Source: Obrimoposthia wandeli (taxonomy: Eukaryota). From it: a stretch of DNA of 64,000 bases. Of this stretch, positions 1-9,319 are shown piece by piece. The notes beneath the pieces are model-generated. The model was given only the letters and a program-made list of their open reading frames with translations. It had not been told where the DNA came from and did not search any database. The stretch spans positions 310,001 through 374,000 of the forward strand of contig CDROCS010004085.1 in NCBI GenBank assembly GCA_977020255.1. Reading direction: 5' to 3'. Both the position numbers and the translations under genes were made by a program. Numbering within the stretch: the first letter of the stretch is position 1; every line of letters starts with the position of its first letter.

Positions 1-1483
1 GGTAGGTTGCATCAATAGCGTTTGTGATGAGATTAACAAGTACTTGTTGAATGGCTGTTTTGTCACCCAAAAAGGAGATATTTTTCTTTGATGACTTTAC
101 GTTAATTGTGATATTTTTTTTAAGTACGTACCAGTCAATCATATTGATTGTAGAGTGTAGTAGGTCATCAAAAATGAATGTTGTTCTATCCGGTGGGGCC
201 AGTCTAAGCATGATGCTATAACGTTTAATGACGTTCTCGCTTCGTTCTAGTTGCACTAGAATTTTACTTAAAATACCGTCATAGAATTTAGCATCACTTT
301 CTTTTTTGGCTATACCACTTTCTGCATATAAGCGCATGGCGCCTAGCGGTTGATTCATTTCATGCGCTAAATTTCCGCCAAGTTTTCCTATTAATGCTCT
401 TTTTTGTGATAGTTGTAGAGTGTGTTGTAGCTTCTGTTTTTCATTTTGTGTGTTGCGAAATTTAATCGTGAGGTAGATGTGGTACGACGGTAGTATCAAG
501 AACAGCATGAAAATTGTCCAAGCAATATATTGATATTCATAAATATAACTGCTGATTGTTTCTGTTAGTGTTCTTGCTTGTGGGTGCATTCCAAGGTCGT
601 AAAAAAGGCTGTCTAGCTCTGTTTGTGATTCGGGTACGCTCCAACCTAAAGATTTTGCTGCTTTTGCTTCAGCGCTTTGTGGTTCGACCGAAAATAGGAC
701 GGAGACAATTTTTTTGGCTAGTTGTCTATCTGCGTGGGCTGACATAGCAAATGACCAATTTGGGTATAAGCGAGAACTCACTTTACATTGGAAGCCAGCA
801 GGGGTTTTATCGTTGATTAGCCTGAAATCATTAATATCGATATTATTCAGCCGAGTATATTCTTCCATAAAGCAAGTGGGAATAACGACCGCGTCCGCCT
901 TGCGGTTCACTAACTGCATAATCGCACTTTCATGTGGATACTCTGTAAACATCACGTTTTTAAAGTATTCACTATCATAGTTATTATCTTTAACTTCACG
1001 TGCATAAGCGAGATATCCACCGAATGCCAAAGGGCTGACGGCAGCTATTTTTTGTTGATAAATATCATCCATCGAGTAGTAAGGGCTATCGCTGCGAACC
1101 CATACGGCAGATGCAATTGATTGTGTTGTTCCTCCGGAGAGGGGGCTAATCAGTGTGGCCAACCATGATAATGTGTTTACTTTTCCCACTCGTATAGATT
1201 CACCTGGGTTTATAAATACAAATGGGACTTCTTTATTAACAATTGCTTGGCGCATTTTTTTTTGTTTTATAGGGTGCAAGGTGAAATTATAATCAGGTAA
1301 TCGAGTGTTGAGTAGGCTTATTATTGCCATCCACCGGTCTTGGCTTTCTTTGAAGCCGTGATCAGAAAAAGCACCAATTTTAATCTCTTGCTGGTTTTCA
1401 GCGGCATAGCCCAGCATTGAGTAAAATTGGCTTACAAGCACTACAATAATGATTATATTTTTCATTGAGCCGCAATCTTTCAT
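1..1483 (-). CDS. TtrS-like sensor histidine kinase (C-terminus runs off the left edge; not in the ORF track)
   Basis: Segments translated by hand. ATG at 1483 overlaps the dmsD stop (TAATG). N-terminus MKDCGSMKNIIIIVVLVSQ..., periplasmic phosphonate-binding-like domain (VFINPG...IAAVSPLAFGGY), H-box LAHEMNQPLGAM and N-box QQVLVNLITNAIDA, all in the same frame. Confidence 0.85.
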   Translation of the reverse strand, partial: MKDCGSMKNIIIIVVLVSQFYSMLGYAAENQQEIKIGAFSDHGFKESQDRWMAIISLLNTRLPDYNFTLHPIKQKKMRQAIVNKEVPFVFINPGESIRVGKVNTLSWLATLISPLSGGTTQSIASAVWVRSDSPYYSMDDIYQQKIAAVSPLAFGGYLAYAREVKDNNYDSEYFKNVMFTEYPHESAIMQLVNRKADAVVIPTCFMEEYTRLNNIDINDFRLINDKTPAGFQCKVSSRLYPNWSFAMSAHADRQLAKKIVSVLFSVEPQSAEAKAAKSLGWSVPESQTELDSLFYDLGMHPQARTLTETISSYIYEYQYIAWTIFMLFLILPSYHIYLTIKFRNTQNEKQKLQHTLQLSQKRALIGKLGGNLAHEMNQPLGAMRLYAESGIAKKESDAKFYDGILSKILVQLERSENVIKRYSIMLRLAPPDRTTFIFDDLLHSTINMIDWYVLKKNITINVKSSKKNISFLGDKTAIQQVLVNLITNAIDATY

Positions 1484-2136
1484 TAAAAGTAAAGTTTTAC
1501 ATTCAATGGCGTATTCACGTCAAGTAGTACTGAAATTTCGTCAATTAAATTTCGGGTAATTAATCCAATTTGGCGATAAAAAACAGTTTTAGCATTCGTG
1601 ACAAGGAGTATTAAGAAACGGTCAAGCCAAGGTAAAAGATGCTGAGAAAGAAAAATCCTTACCGTTCGCTTTGATGTCTCATCATCTGGAGTTAGACCCA
1701 TTCTTTCAAGGAGTAGCGCCAGTATTTCTAAGCAGAAGCCAATATGATCAATGGGTTGAAGCTCTGATGGTTTAAATTTCAGCTGATTTTTTTCTACAAA
1801 GTCTCTCAGATCATAAGTTGAGTCTTGTTGTAATAAGTTTTCATCATGAAGGTAAACGGATCCCCATGGTGGTGCTTTTGGCATTCCTAGCCCTACTATT
1901 AACGCTAAGTGGTCTGCGGCGATTTCTTTTATCTCATTATCAAGCTCATTATCTACTGATAAATTGTTCACTATAGAGGTAAGCTTCTGCCAATCGCTCG
2001 CATACCTTCTTTCCGATACCTCAAAAGTATTTTCATTTAAGCAATTTAATGAGTCTGTTGAGGGGGGGGACAGGTAAAATTTAGCAAGAATATTGAGTAT
2101 AAGAATATCTTCTTGATGATTTTTTTTCATAGTCAT
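1483..2136 (-). CDS. dmsD: TorD/DmsD family redox enzyme maturation chaperone
   Basis: PPWGSVYL and PIDHIG motifs; directly downstream of the molybdoenzyme gene. Confidence 0.9.
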   Translation of the reverse strand: MTMKKNHQEDILILNILAKFYLSPPSTDSLNCLNENTFEVSERRYASDWQKLTSIVNNLSVDNELDNEIKEIAADHLALIVGLGMPKAPPWGSVYLHDENLLQQDSTYDLRDFVEKNQLKFKPSELQPIDHIGFCLEILALLLERMGLTPDDETSKRTVRIFLSQHLLPWLDRFLILLVTNAKTVFYRQIGLITRNLIDEISVLLDVNTPLNVKLYF

Positions 2137-2171
2137 AAGGCTAAGGATTACTCCTTAGCCCTCCTTGAATT

Positions 2172-4604
2172 TTATAGTTTTTTGATGTCGACTAAATTGG
2201 TATTTTGAGGGTTCGCTTTAGCTAGAGCTGTTGCACGGCCTTTCGTTAGGGTATTTATGCAACCTCCCTTATCGATGCCTTGTGCGTTAGGGCTGAACCA
2301 CATGCCTTCAGGTATTACCACGACCCCAGGCATAACACGTGGCGTTACGCGTGCGGGCAGTTCAACAGTTCCTCTGTCGTTATATATGTGCACGATATCT
2401 TGATTGCTGATATTACGTTCTTGTGCATCGACAGGGTTTATAGCAACGGCATCCTCTAAAACCTCACGCAACCAAGGAACATTTTGATAGACGGAGTGAG
2501 CTCGACCTTTTGGTTTACAACCTATAAGTTGGAGTGGATATTTTTTCTTTAATTCGAAGTCTTCAAAACCTTCCCATGTTGCAACATAGCTTGGCAGTGG
2601 TGAAATAACATCGCCTTCTGGCAATACCCACTCTTTTGCGTATTTTGCTAGTGTATGAGAGTAGATTTCAATCTTTCCGGTTGATGTTGGCAAAGGATGT
2701 GCTTTAGGGTCCTTTCGGAAATCTTTGAGTACATAGCGATCTGCGTTAGGATCGAAAGGCATACGAATTGTCTTCGCTTTATCCAACACTTCAAAAGGAG
2801 GGAATTCTGGATGATTCTTACGACTTAGTTCGTAAAGATGCTGTTGCCACTCGTCCCAGCTACGACCTTCTGTGTATTGCTCGCGAACACCGAACTTACC
2901 TGCCAGTTCAGAGAATACATCGTAAGGATGACGGCATTCGTACATAGGGTCGAGTACGTGCTCTGTCTTTGTTAAGTGGGTCGAGAACTTAACAATTCGT
3001 GAATTCTCTAACCATGTAATATCTGGTAATAGTATGTCAGCAAATTTTGCACTCGCTGTCATGAAATTATCCATTACGAAAACGAATTCAACCTTCTCTT
3101 CATCTTGAATGATCTTGGCTGTGCCGTTACAGTCGGAGTGTTGGTTTATTAGCCAGTTACCTTGATAAACAAAGACACATTTCACATCGGTATCAAGTTT
3201 ATCTACACCTTTAATGCCATCTGTTTGAGATGTCATCTCGTGCCCACGTTCAATCGCTTCGGCCCATTTAAAGCAGGGTAGTTTGGCTTTAACTTTATTT
3301 TCCCCAAAAGGCATTTTAGTAATGTCAGTTGATTTAAATAAATAGTCAGAGCCGCCATTATTTGTGCCGGGTAAACCAATTTGGCCTAATAGCATAGGCA
3401 GCATATATATGGAGCGAACGGTTTGTTCGCCGTTTGCTTGGCGTTGAGGGCCCCAACCCTGAGCAATAAAGGGTGCCTTTGCGTTACCAAGTTCGCGCGC
3501 TAATGTGTAAATTGCTTTAGCTTGGATGCCACAAATCTTCTCGGCTCTTTCTGGTGTTTTTGCTGTGCCGTCTGCACCATTACCAAGAATGTGTGCCTTA
3601 TAACCTAAAGATGCATCGAGTGGTAGAATGTTTTTCTCTACGTCACCTTCTTCTTTGTCGTAGCCGTAACAATGCGTTGTAAGAAATTCTTCATCAACGT
3701 AGTTTTCTGTGATCAGTATGTAAGCTAATGCTTCTACTAATGCGGCATCTGTTCCTGGATGGATGGGTATCCATTGATCTTCTCGACCGCACGCCGTGTC
3801 GGTATATTGAGGGTCAATAATGATCGTTCTTGGTGTTTTAACTTGTTTGTTGATTTGATAGTTGTAAGTGTCACTACCACCGCTCATTCGTGTGTTTGCT
3901 GGGTTGTTACCAAAATATAAAATCAAGTCTGAGTTTCTAAATTCAGTTGGGGCGCTGCCCATTGTGAATTTTTTATCCCCGTAGGTAACAGTACTAGCTG
4001 TATCAATTTGATAACTACTGTAGTTACCATGTGCCGGTAAATGCCCACCAATCGAATTCAGGAACCTTGGAACGAAATGGTATGGCGCATTTGGCTTACC
4101 ATAACCGATACGGAAGAAGATCGAGCTGTTTCCGTGTTTATCGATAACGTTTGAAAGACGCTTGTGCACTTCGTTCAGTGCCTCATCCCACGAAATTCGC
4201 TCGAATTTACCTTCACCACGCTTACCAACACGGCGCATTGGGTATTTCAATCGGTCGGGTGCAAATGTACGCTTGTGAATGGCGCGTCCGCGTAAACATG
4301 CGCGAACTTGTTGCTGACCATATTCATCATCACCTTGATCATCGGTTTCTATTCTTTTGATTCGGCCATTTTCGGTTACAACTTTCAGTAAACAGCTAGA
4401 ATGACAGTGAGCCCAGCAGTTATGCCATTTCGTTATTTCTTTGTAATGTGTTTTGATTATGGCTGATGCGATAGCATTTAGAGGTTGCGTTGATAGAAAC
4501 GCGCTTGCTCCAAAGAAGGCACCAAGTTTCATAATTGAGCGACGTTTTGGGTTTTCTAATAGGTTGTCTTTATCTTTACATTTATCATTCATAATAATCA
4601 CCAA
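2172..4604 (-). CDS. dmsA: DMSO reductase family molybdopterin catalytic subunit (DmsA/YnfE-like), Tat-exported; start may be ATG 4592
   Basis: Twin-arginine KRRSIMK; FS0 motif CWAHCHSSC...RACLRGR; DRLKYPMRRVGKRGEGKFERISWDEAL; GNYSS (Ser ligand region); C-terminal RAHS molybdopterin-binding domain. Confidence 0.9.
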   Translation of the reverse strand: MVIIMNDKCKDKDNLLENPKRRSIMKLGAFFGASAFLSTQPLNAIASAIIKTHYKEITKWHNCWAHCHSSCLLKVVTENGRIKRIETDDQGDDEYGQQQVRACLRGRAIHKRTFAPDRLKYPMRRVGKRGEGKFERISWDEALNEVHKRLSNVIDKHGNSSIFFRIGYGKPNAPYHFVPRFLNSIGGHLPAHGNYSSYQIDTASTVTYGDKKFTMGSAPTEFRNSDLILYFGNNPANTRMSGGSDTYNYQINKQVKTPRTIIIDPQYTDTACGREDQWIPIHPGTDAALVEALAYILITENYVDEEFLTTHCYGYDKEEGDVEKNILPLDASLGYKAHILGNGADGTAKTPERAEKICGIQAKAIYTLARELGNAKAPFIAQGWGPQRQANGEQTVRSIYMLPMLLGQIGLPGTNNGGSDYLFKSTDITKMPFGENKVKAKLPCFKWAEAIERGHEMTSQTDGIKGVDKLDTDVKCVFVYQGNWLINQHSDCNGTAKIIQDEEKVEFVFVMDNFMTASAKFADILLPDITWLENSRIVKFSTHLTKTEHVLDPMYECRHPYDVFSELAGKFGVREQYTEGRSWDEWQQHLYELSRKNHPEFPPFEVLDKAKTIRMPFDPNADRYVLKDFRKDPKAHPLPTSTGKIEIYSHTLAKYAKEWVLPEGDVISPLPSYVATWEGFEDFELKKKYPLQLIGCKPKGRAHSVYQNVPWLREVLEDAVAINPVDAQERNISNQDIVHIYNDRGTVELPARVTPRVMPGVVVIPEGMWFSPNAQGIDKGGCINTLTKGRATALAKANPQNTNLVDIKKL

Positions 4605-4612
4605 CTCTTCGC

Positions 4613-5449
4613 TTAAAGATGTTTAATCAAAATAAGATCGTAGAAACAAATTCTTCCTATCAGCTCTGAGGCCAGAAGACAGAAGAAAATACCCAAACCC
4701 ACAATTCTGTTAATTGACGGGAGACGAAGCATAATTGCAGGAACAAATGCAATCACTAGAAGTGCTAGTTTTGCTGTCATTAGAAGTTCTGATGAAGCAG
4801 AAAGAGTGGCACCGATGGTGTTAAGTTCGCTTGTTAGCCATAGTGTGTAGCTAATGCTTGTGATTGTAGAAATGATGAGTGCAGATAAACATCCGAATCG
4901 GATCGCAAGCGATACGGCGTTGTCGTGTTTGTCTTTTTTCACCAAGTTCATTAGAAGAAACGTTAGTCCGCAGCCTGCATTAAGTGCGGTTACGTAAAAG
5001 TTCACTCGTGTCCAATTTGAATCCCACAATGTAACGGTTGGTAGCTTATATACAGAGCTTATTAACCAAATCATTCCGATGCCTGCAATGCTGGCAACGA
5101 TAAATGAAAGCAAGGTGATTGTGTTGTTGGCACGCTTCCATAGAAGCCATGTTGCCAAAACACCTAACCCACCAAAAACTGAAACAGAGAATATTTCTAA
5201 GCTTAATGATGATGAGTGCTCGAGACCGTTAATGATGTTCAGGGCGCGAGTTGGTGTGCCCATATGGCTTAACGCAGCTAAACCGCCAAGGGCGAATATT
5301 GGCCATAAAGCGAGTAATGGTTTTACATAAGAATTTGCGATTTCAGCTGTTTTAGTCGGTTGGCAGAGTATAAATAGTGTAAATAGAATAAAAAATCCCG
5401 CGACGCCTTGCGAGATGACTGTAAAAAAAACAAGCGGTAATTCGTGCAT
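4613..5449 (-). CDS. dmsC: DmsC family membrane anchor subunit
   Basis: MHELPLVFFTVISQ start with GGAGG RBS; SLSHMGTPTRA and SSLSLEI motifs; multiple TM helices; ELIGRICFY end. Confidence 0.9.
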   Translation of the reverse strand: MHELPLVFFTVISQGVAGFFILFTLFILCQPTKTAEIANSYVKPLLALWPIFALGGLAALSHMGTPTRALNIINGLEHSSSLSLEIFSVSVFGGLGVLATWLLWKRANNTITLLSFIVASIAGIGMIWLISSVYKLPTVTLWDSNWTRVNFYVTALNAGCGLTFLLMNLVKKDKHDNAVSLAIRFGCLSALIISTITSISYTLWLTSELNTIGATLSASSELLMTAKLALLVIAFVPAIMLRLPSINRIVGLGIFFCLLASELIGRICFYDLILIKHL

Positions 5450-5450
5450 G

Positions 5451-6083
5451 TTATACCTCCTTAATGTTAATGACTTGTCCAGTTGTATCGCCTGAAGGTT
5501 TTGCATTTTTATTTAATTTGATAACAAGCGAAGGCGAAGTCAGAGAGGCTTTGGGTAACGGTGCGATTTCTGCTATATGTCCGTGTTTTTTGCGTAGGTC
5601 TTCAATTGGGCCGAAATCAATGGCTCTTAATGGGCATGATGAAACACAGATTGGTTTCTTACCTTGTTCGACTAAGTCATAACAACCATCGCATTTCGTC
5701 ATGTGCCCTTTTGCTTCGTCAAATTGAGGGGCACCGTATGGGCATGCCATTTCGCAGTAGCGACAGCCTATACAAACATCTTCATTAACGATAACGAGTC
5801 CGTCTTTTTTACGTTTGTGCATAGCACCGCTTGGGCATGCTTTTGTACAAGCTGGATCAGCACAGTGATTACAGCTGATTGAGGTGTAATAACCAAAAAC
5901 ATTTTGTGTCCATGTTCCATTGCTATCTTTAGCCCATTCGCCACCGACATACTCGTAAACACGACGAAAACTTGACCCTGCAGGTAGGTCGTTTTTATCC
6001 TTGCAAGATACTTGGCAAGTTTTGCACCCTGTGCAGCGACTGGTATCAATAAAGAATCCATATTGAGTATCTGGCACCATCAT
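5451..6083 (-). CDS. dmsB: DMSO reductase iron-sulfur subunit
   Basis: QYGFFIDTSRCTGCKTC, SCNHCADPACTKACP, CIGCRYCEMACPYGAP, KCDGC...CVSSCP: four Cys groups, closely resembling E. coli DmsB. Confidence 0.95.
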   Translation of the reverse strand: MMVPDTQYGFFIDTSRCTGCKTCQVSCKDKNDLPAGSSFRRVYEYVGGEWAKDSNGTWTQNVFGYYTSISCNHCADPACTKACPSGAMHKRKKDGLVIVNEDVCIGCRYCEMACPYGAPQFDEAKGHMTKCDGCYDLVEQGKKPICVSSCPLRAIDFGPIEDLRKKHGHIAEIAPLPKASLTSPSLVIKLNKNAKPSGDTTGQVINIKEV

Positions 6084-6139
6084 AAGTTACCTATTTAATT
6101 ATCAAATAATGGCGATATAAATACCCTATAAAGACAAAC

Positions 6140-6171
6140 ATGCGTTATTGTGGCTAGCCACAATAACGCAT
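6140..6171. repeat. Perfect 32-bp palindrome upstream of dmsB
   Basis: ATGCGTTATTGTGGCTAGCCACAATAACGCAT equals its own reverse complement. Confidence 0.95.
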
Positions 6172-6175
6172 TTTA

Positions 6176-6191
6176 TGTGACCTAGATCACG
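6176..6191. promoter_or_regulatory. CRP-type binding site
   Basis: TGTGA-CCTAGA-TCACG, near-consensus TGTGA-N6-TCACA. Confidence 0.75.
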
Positions 6192-6442
6192 CATCGTCTC
6201 TCGTGAATTAACATAGTTGGCGTTAAATAAAAGATATGGATAGTAGAAGGCTTTGTTGTTTCTCAACTCTTTTTTGATACCGTTTAAAATCATCTTCGCT
6301 TGATTTTATCTGCTGATGGCGGCCTTTGGCACATCATTTAGCAACCCTTTGATCCCATCTACAGTGGTTGAGTATGGCGAAAACTACCAGCCGCTGACAC
6401 ACCTTCCTCCTATCTGATTCAAAAACATAGCCTGTCACGATT

Positions 6443-6817
6443 TCAGCTTACAAGGTGAGCAACCGATTCTAGCAGCGGTGAAGCTACCGCAAGAGACAGT
6501 AAAAGTGTCATCATTGATGGAATCGCATCTTTCCAAGTATCAAATCGAAAATGAAAGAACATCGCGCCTAGTGAGGTGATAGCAATAAAACTTGCGCCCA
6601 CAGCACTTAGTAGCGGATTGTCCGCGACCATACCGAATAACATTACAATTGAACCTGTTGCTTCAATTACTCCAACCATGAACATCGCTGCACGGTTAAG
6701 CCCATATTTATGGAAGAATGCTAACTGAGGTTCGAATATCTTTTTTACCCAACCGCAGGTTTTGATGGAACTAGCAAACAAGAAAAATGCGATTAATAAC
6801 CCTTGAATAAACAACAT
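6443..6817 (-). CDS. DoxX family membrane protein
   Basis: 124 aa, about 4 TM segments, FFASSIK...G.IE..G...GA..FH pattern; divergent from a LysR gene. Confidence 0.75.
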   Translation of the reverse strand: MLFIQGLLIAFFLFASSIKTCGWVKKIFEPQLAFFHKYGLNRAAMFMVGVIEATGSIVMLFGMVADNPLLSAVGASFIAITSLGAMFFHFRFDTWKDAIPSMMTLLLSLAVASPLLESVAHLVS

Positions 6818-6906
6818 AATTTTAACGCCTTATTTAGTAATCGAATCATTAAAGCATTCCAAGTTGAGTGTGTGGATACTAAAGTTGTGATTATTATCAT
6901 TCCAAA

Positions 6907-7341
6907 ATGGAATCTGTTATGGATAAGCTTGATTGTTTAAAAATCTTCGCTCGCGTTGCCCGTCTTGGTAGTTTTACTGCGGCGGCAAATGAACTCAATA
7001 CCACTCAAAGCGCGGTCAGTAAGAGGATCGCGTGGCTAGAAAAAGAGGTGGGTATTACCTTATTTCATCGTCATGCTCGGGCGCTCAGCCTTACTGTTGG
7101 CGGTAAACAATATTTGGATTTGGCACTAAAGCTGACGGAAGAGATAGATTTATTTGAATCTCAATTAAGGCAAGAACAAGCGACCGTGTCTGGTCATTTA
7201 AAACTCTCTGTTCCTAGTGCGTTTAGCGTCCGATTGCTTTCCTTACCACTTAAAGACTTTATGAACTTGCACCCCGAGCTCTCTGTTGATGTATCGGTGT
7301 CAGATAAGTTTGTCGATTTAGTTGAGGGCAATCTGTTATGA
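6907..7341 (+). pseudogene. Truncated LysR family regulator (HTH plus start of the effector domain only)
   Basis: LysR HTH (GSFTAAANELNTTQSAVSKRIAWLE) intact, but the ORF stops at 144 aa just after FVDLVEG; I could not recognise a continuation in other frames. Confidence 0.75.
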
Positions 7342-7611
7342 GCTTTTACCCCGTATTGGCTTAGAGTAAAAATAATTCTCATTCTGAACATTAGTCCAGA
7401 CCTGTCTCCGTTCTTTTCATCGTCCCTGATGTGCGCTAACTATAACTTGTATTATATATATATGTTATATAGGATATTGCGCGATATGGAAGCGGCTAAC
7501 ATCTCAATACTTACTGATAATCAAGTACAAGCATACAAGCTTAACAATGAATAAAAGCCAGTAGAGATGCCGAATTACCCTGTAAAAACATCACTTACAA
7601 TGGGACAGTAT

Positions 7612-8778
7612 ATGCGTTCACTTTTTATTCGAATGAGGTTCATTCACTGGTTAGGTGCGATTGCACTTTTGGTTAATGCTACATTTTTCACTGATGTGTT
7701 ATTTTCACAAATCATTCAATATGTTGTTGTTGTTTTTTTGATTATCCATGACATCGATGAGAAATTTTGGGGCGTCGATTCTCTGGAAAATGTCACAAAT
7801 TATATGAAGAATTTTGAAAAAAAAGACCTTTCTGTGCCTTGCGAAATAAACAGTAAGTACAACAAAGAAATGGGTAATGTGCTCAATGTTATTAATACCT
7901 TCAGAGAAAATGTGAAATGTGCGCTGGTAGATATACAACAACAGGCCAATACCTCTGATGAAATATCCGATTTACTTAAGCTCAAAACTCAAAATATTTC
8001 AGTAAGGATTCAGGAACAAGACAATCGAGTGCACTTTATAACAAATCAAGTTGAGACTCTGGATCAGACATCGATAACTCTTCAATCCAAAGCAGAAGAA
8101 ACGCGCTCAAAAGTCGAACAGACCCGAGATGATTTACTTACCTCAAACAGTACAATGGGAATGATGGTAGAGGAGATAGGTACTTATATCCAAAATAATG
8201 ACTCACTCCATGACAAATTTCACCAGCTATCTAAGCAAACACAATCTATTGAAAAAGTAGTATCGGTCATCAATAACCTAGCTGATCAGACGAACCTTTT
8301 GGCTTTAAACGCCGCGATAGAAGCAGCCAGAGCGGGAGAAAATGGAAGAGGTTTTGCTGTGGTGGCAGATGAAGTGAGAAACTTAGCGAAATCAACTCAG
8401 GAAAGTTTGGATGATATCAACCAGATAATAACGGGGATATCTGAAGCGGTTCTTGACGCTGGCGAACAGATGAAAACTCAGTCTGTAGCGATAACATCAT
8501 TGTCTCACTACACAACAACCAGCCAATCAGGGCTCGAAGCGGCCTGTGAAAATATTAATGAAATCCTGCCCCTTATTGGGCAAGACAGTGAAAGTGGTAG
8601 TGTTGATATTCTTTATGTTCACAAGTTGGTTAGAGATATCAGTAAAGAGATTGAAGCATTAAAAACGCTTTCTAGCTCTAATGCTAATGATTGCGCTGAA
8701 CTTGAACAACAAGGGTACTACCTTAGTGAAGTTACAGACAACATCGTAGGGCAATTGGGGTTATTTAAAACAAATTAA
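7612..8778 (+). CDS. Methyl-accepting chemotaxis protein with no sizeable periplasmic domain (ORF open from 7567)
   Basis: Two closely spaced TM helices, HAMP-like segment, hairpin tip [27 protein letters not shown]. Confidence 0.9.
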   Translation: MRSLFIRMRFIHWLGAIALLVNATFFTDVLFSQIIQYVVVVFLIIHDIDEKFWGVDSLENVTNYMKNFEKKDLSVPCEINSKYNKEMGNVLNVINTFRENVKCALVDIQQQANTSDEISDLLKLKTQNISVRIQEQDNRVHFITNQVETLDQTSITLQSKAEETRSKVEQTRDDLLTSNSTMGMMVEEIGTYIQNNDSLHDKFHQLSKQTQSIEKVVSVINNLADQTNLLALNAAIEAARAGENGRGFAVVADEVRNLAKSTQESLDDINQIITGISEAVLDAGEQMKTQSVAITSLSHYTTTSQSGLEAACENINEILPLIGQDSESGSVDILYVHKLVRDISKEIEALKTLSSSNANDCAELEQQGYYLSEVTDNIVGQLGLFKTN

Positions 8779-9034
8779 AACTTTTAGACGCGATAATCGT
8801 ATGTATTCCTAAGAATAAAACTTACAGCACGATACAACACTCCCCCCCCAAAAAATACTCAAAGAGGGGGGAGTTTGTGCGAGTTTCAAAAATCATCGAG
8901 TCTGCGATATTTTCACTGACTCTGTGACAGACTCAGTTCCATGTAAGAAACGTTCTTACTGAATAGTAAATGGACAGTCTTAACCCTGTAAAAAATAAAG
9001 TGATATATTGCTTAATAGAAGCTGTTATCTCTAA

Positions 9035-9055
9035 ACGCACGCACGCACGCACGCA
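9035..9055. repeat. (ACGC)5 tetranucleotide simple sequence repeat
   Basis: acgcacgcacgcacgcacgca read directly. Confidence 0.95.
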
Positions 9056-9319
9056 AGCGATCGACTGGAACGATCTGAAATATAAATACAGGTGGTTTCT
9101 AGGCTGGAAATTAAAATAATCTAGAGGGCAGAGCACTTAGCAGGTCGATGAGCTGTTGCTCGTAACATGACTCAAAATGGATTAGCAATGCCACCCCCCT
9201 TCAAGCTAATACACGATTAAATCGATTAGCCTTACAGAGAGGTGTTTATGCTACAAATCAACCCTCAAATGGTTTCCATTCAAAAATTAGATTGTCGTTA
9301 GATTTATTTTTTAATCTGG

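Noticed and set aside
556-1120. Plus-strand ORFs 556-747, 714-980 and 932-1120
   Set aside because: Antisense shadows of the sensor kinase gene that the ORF track omitted.
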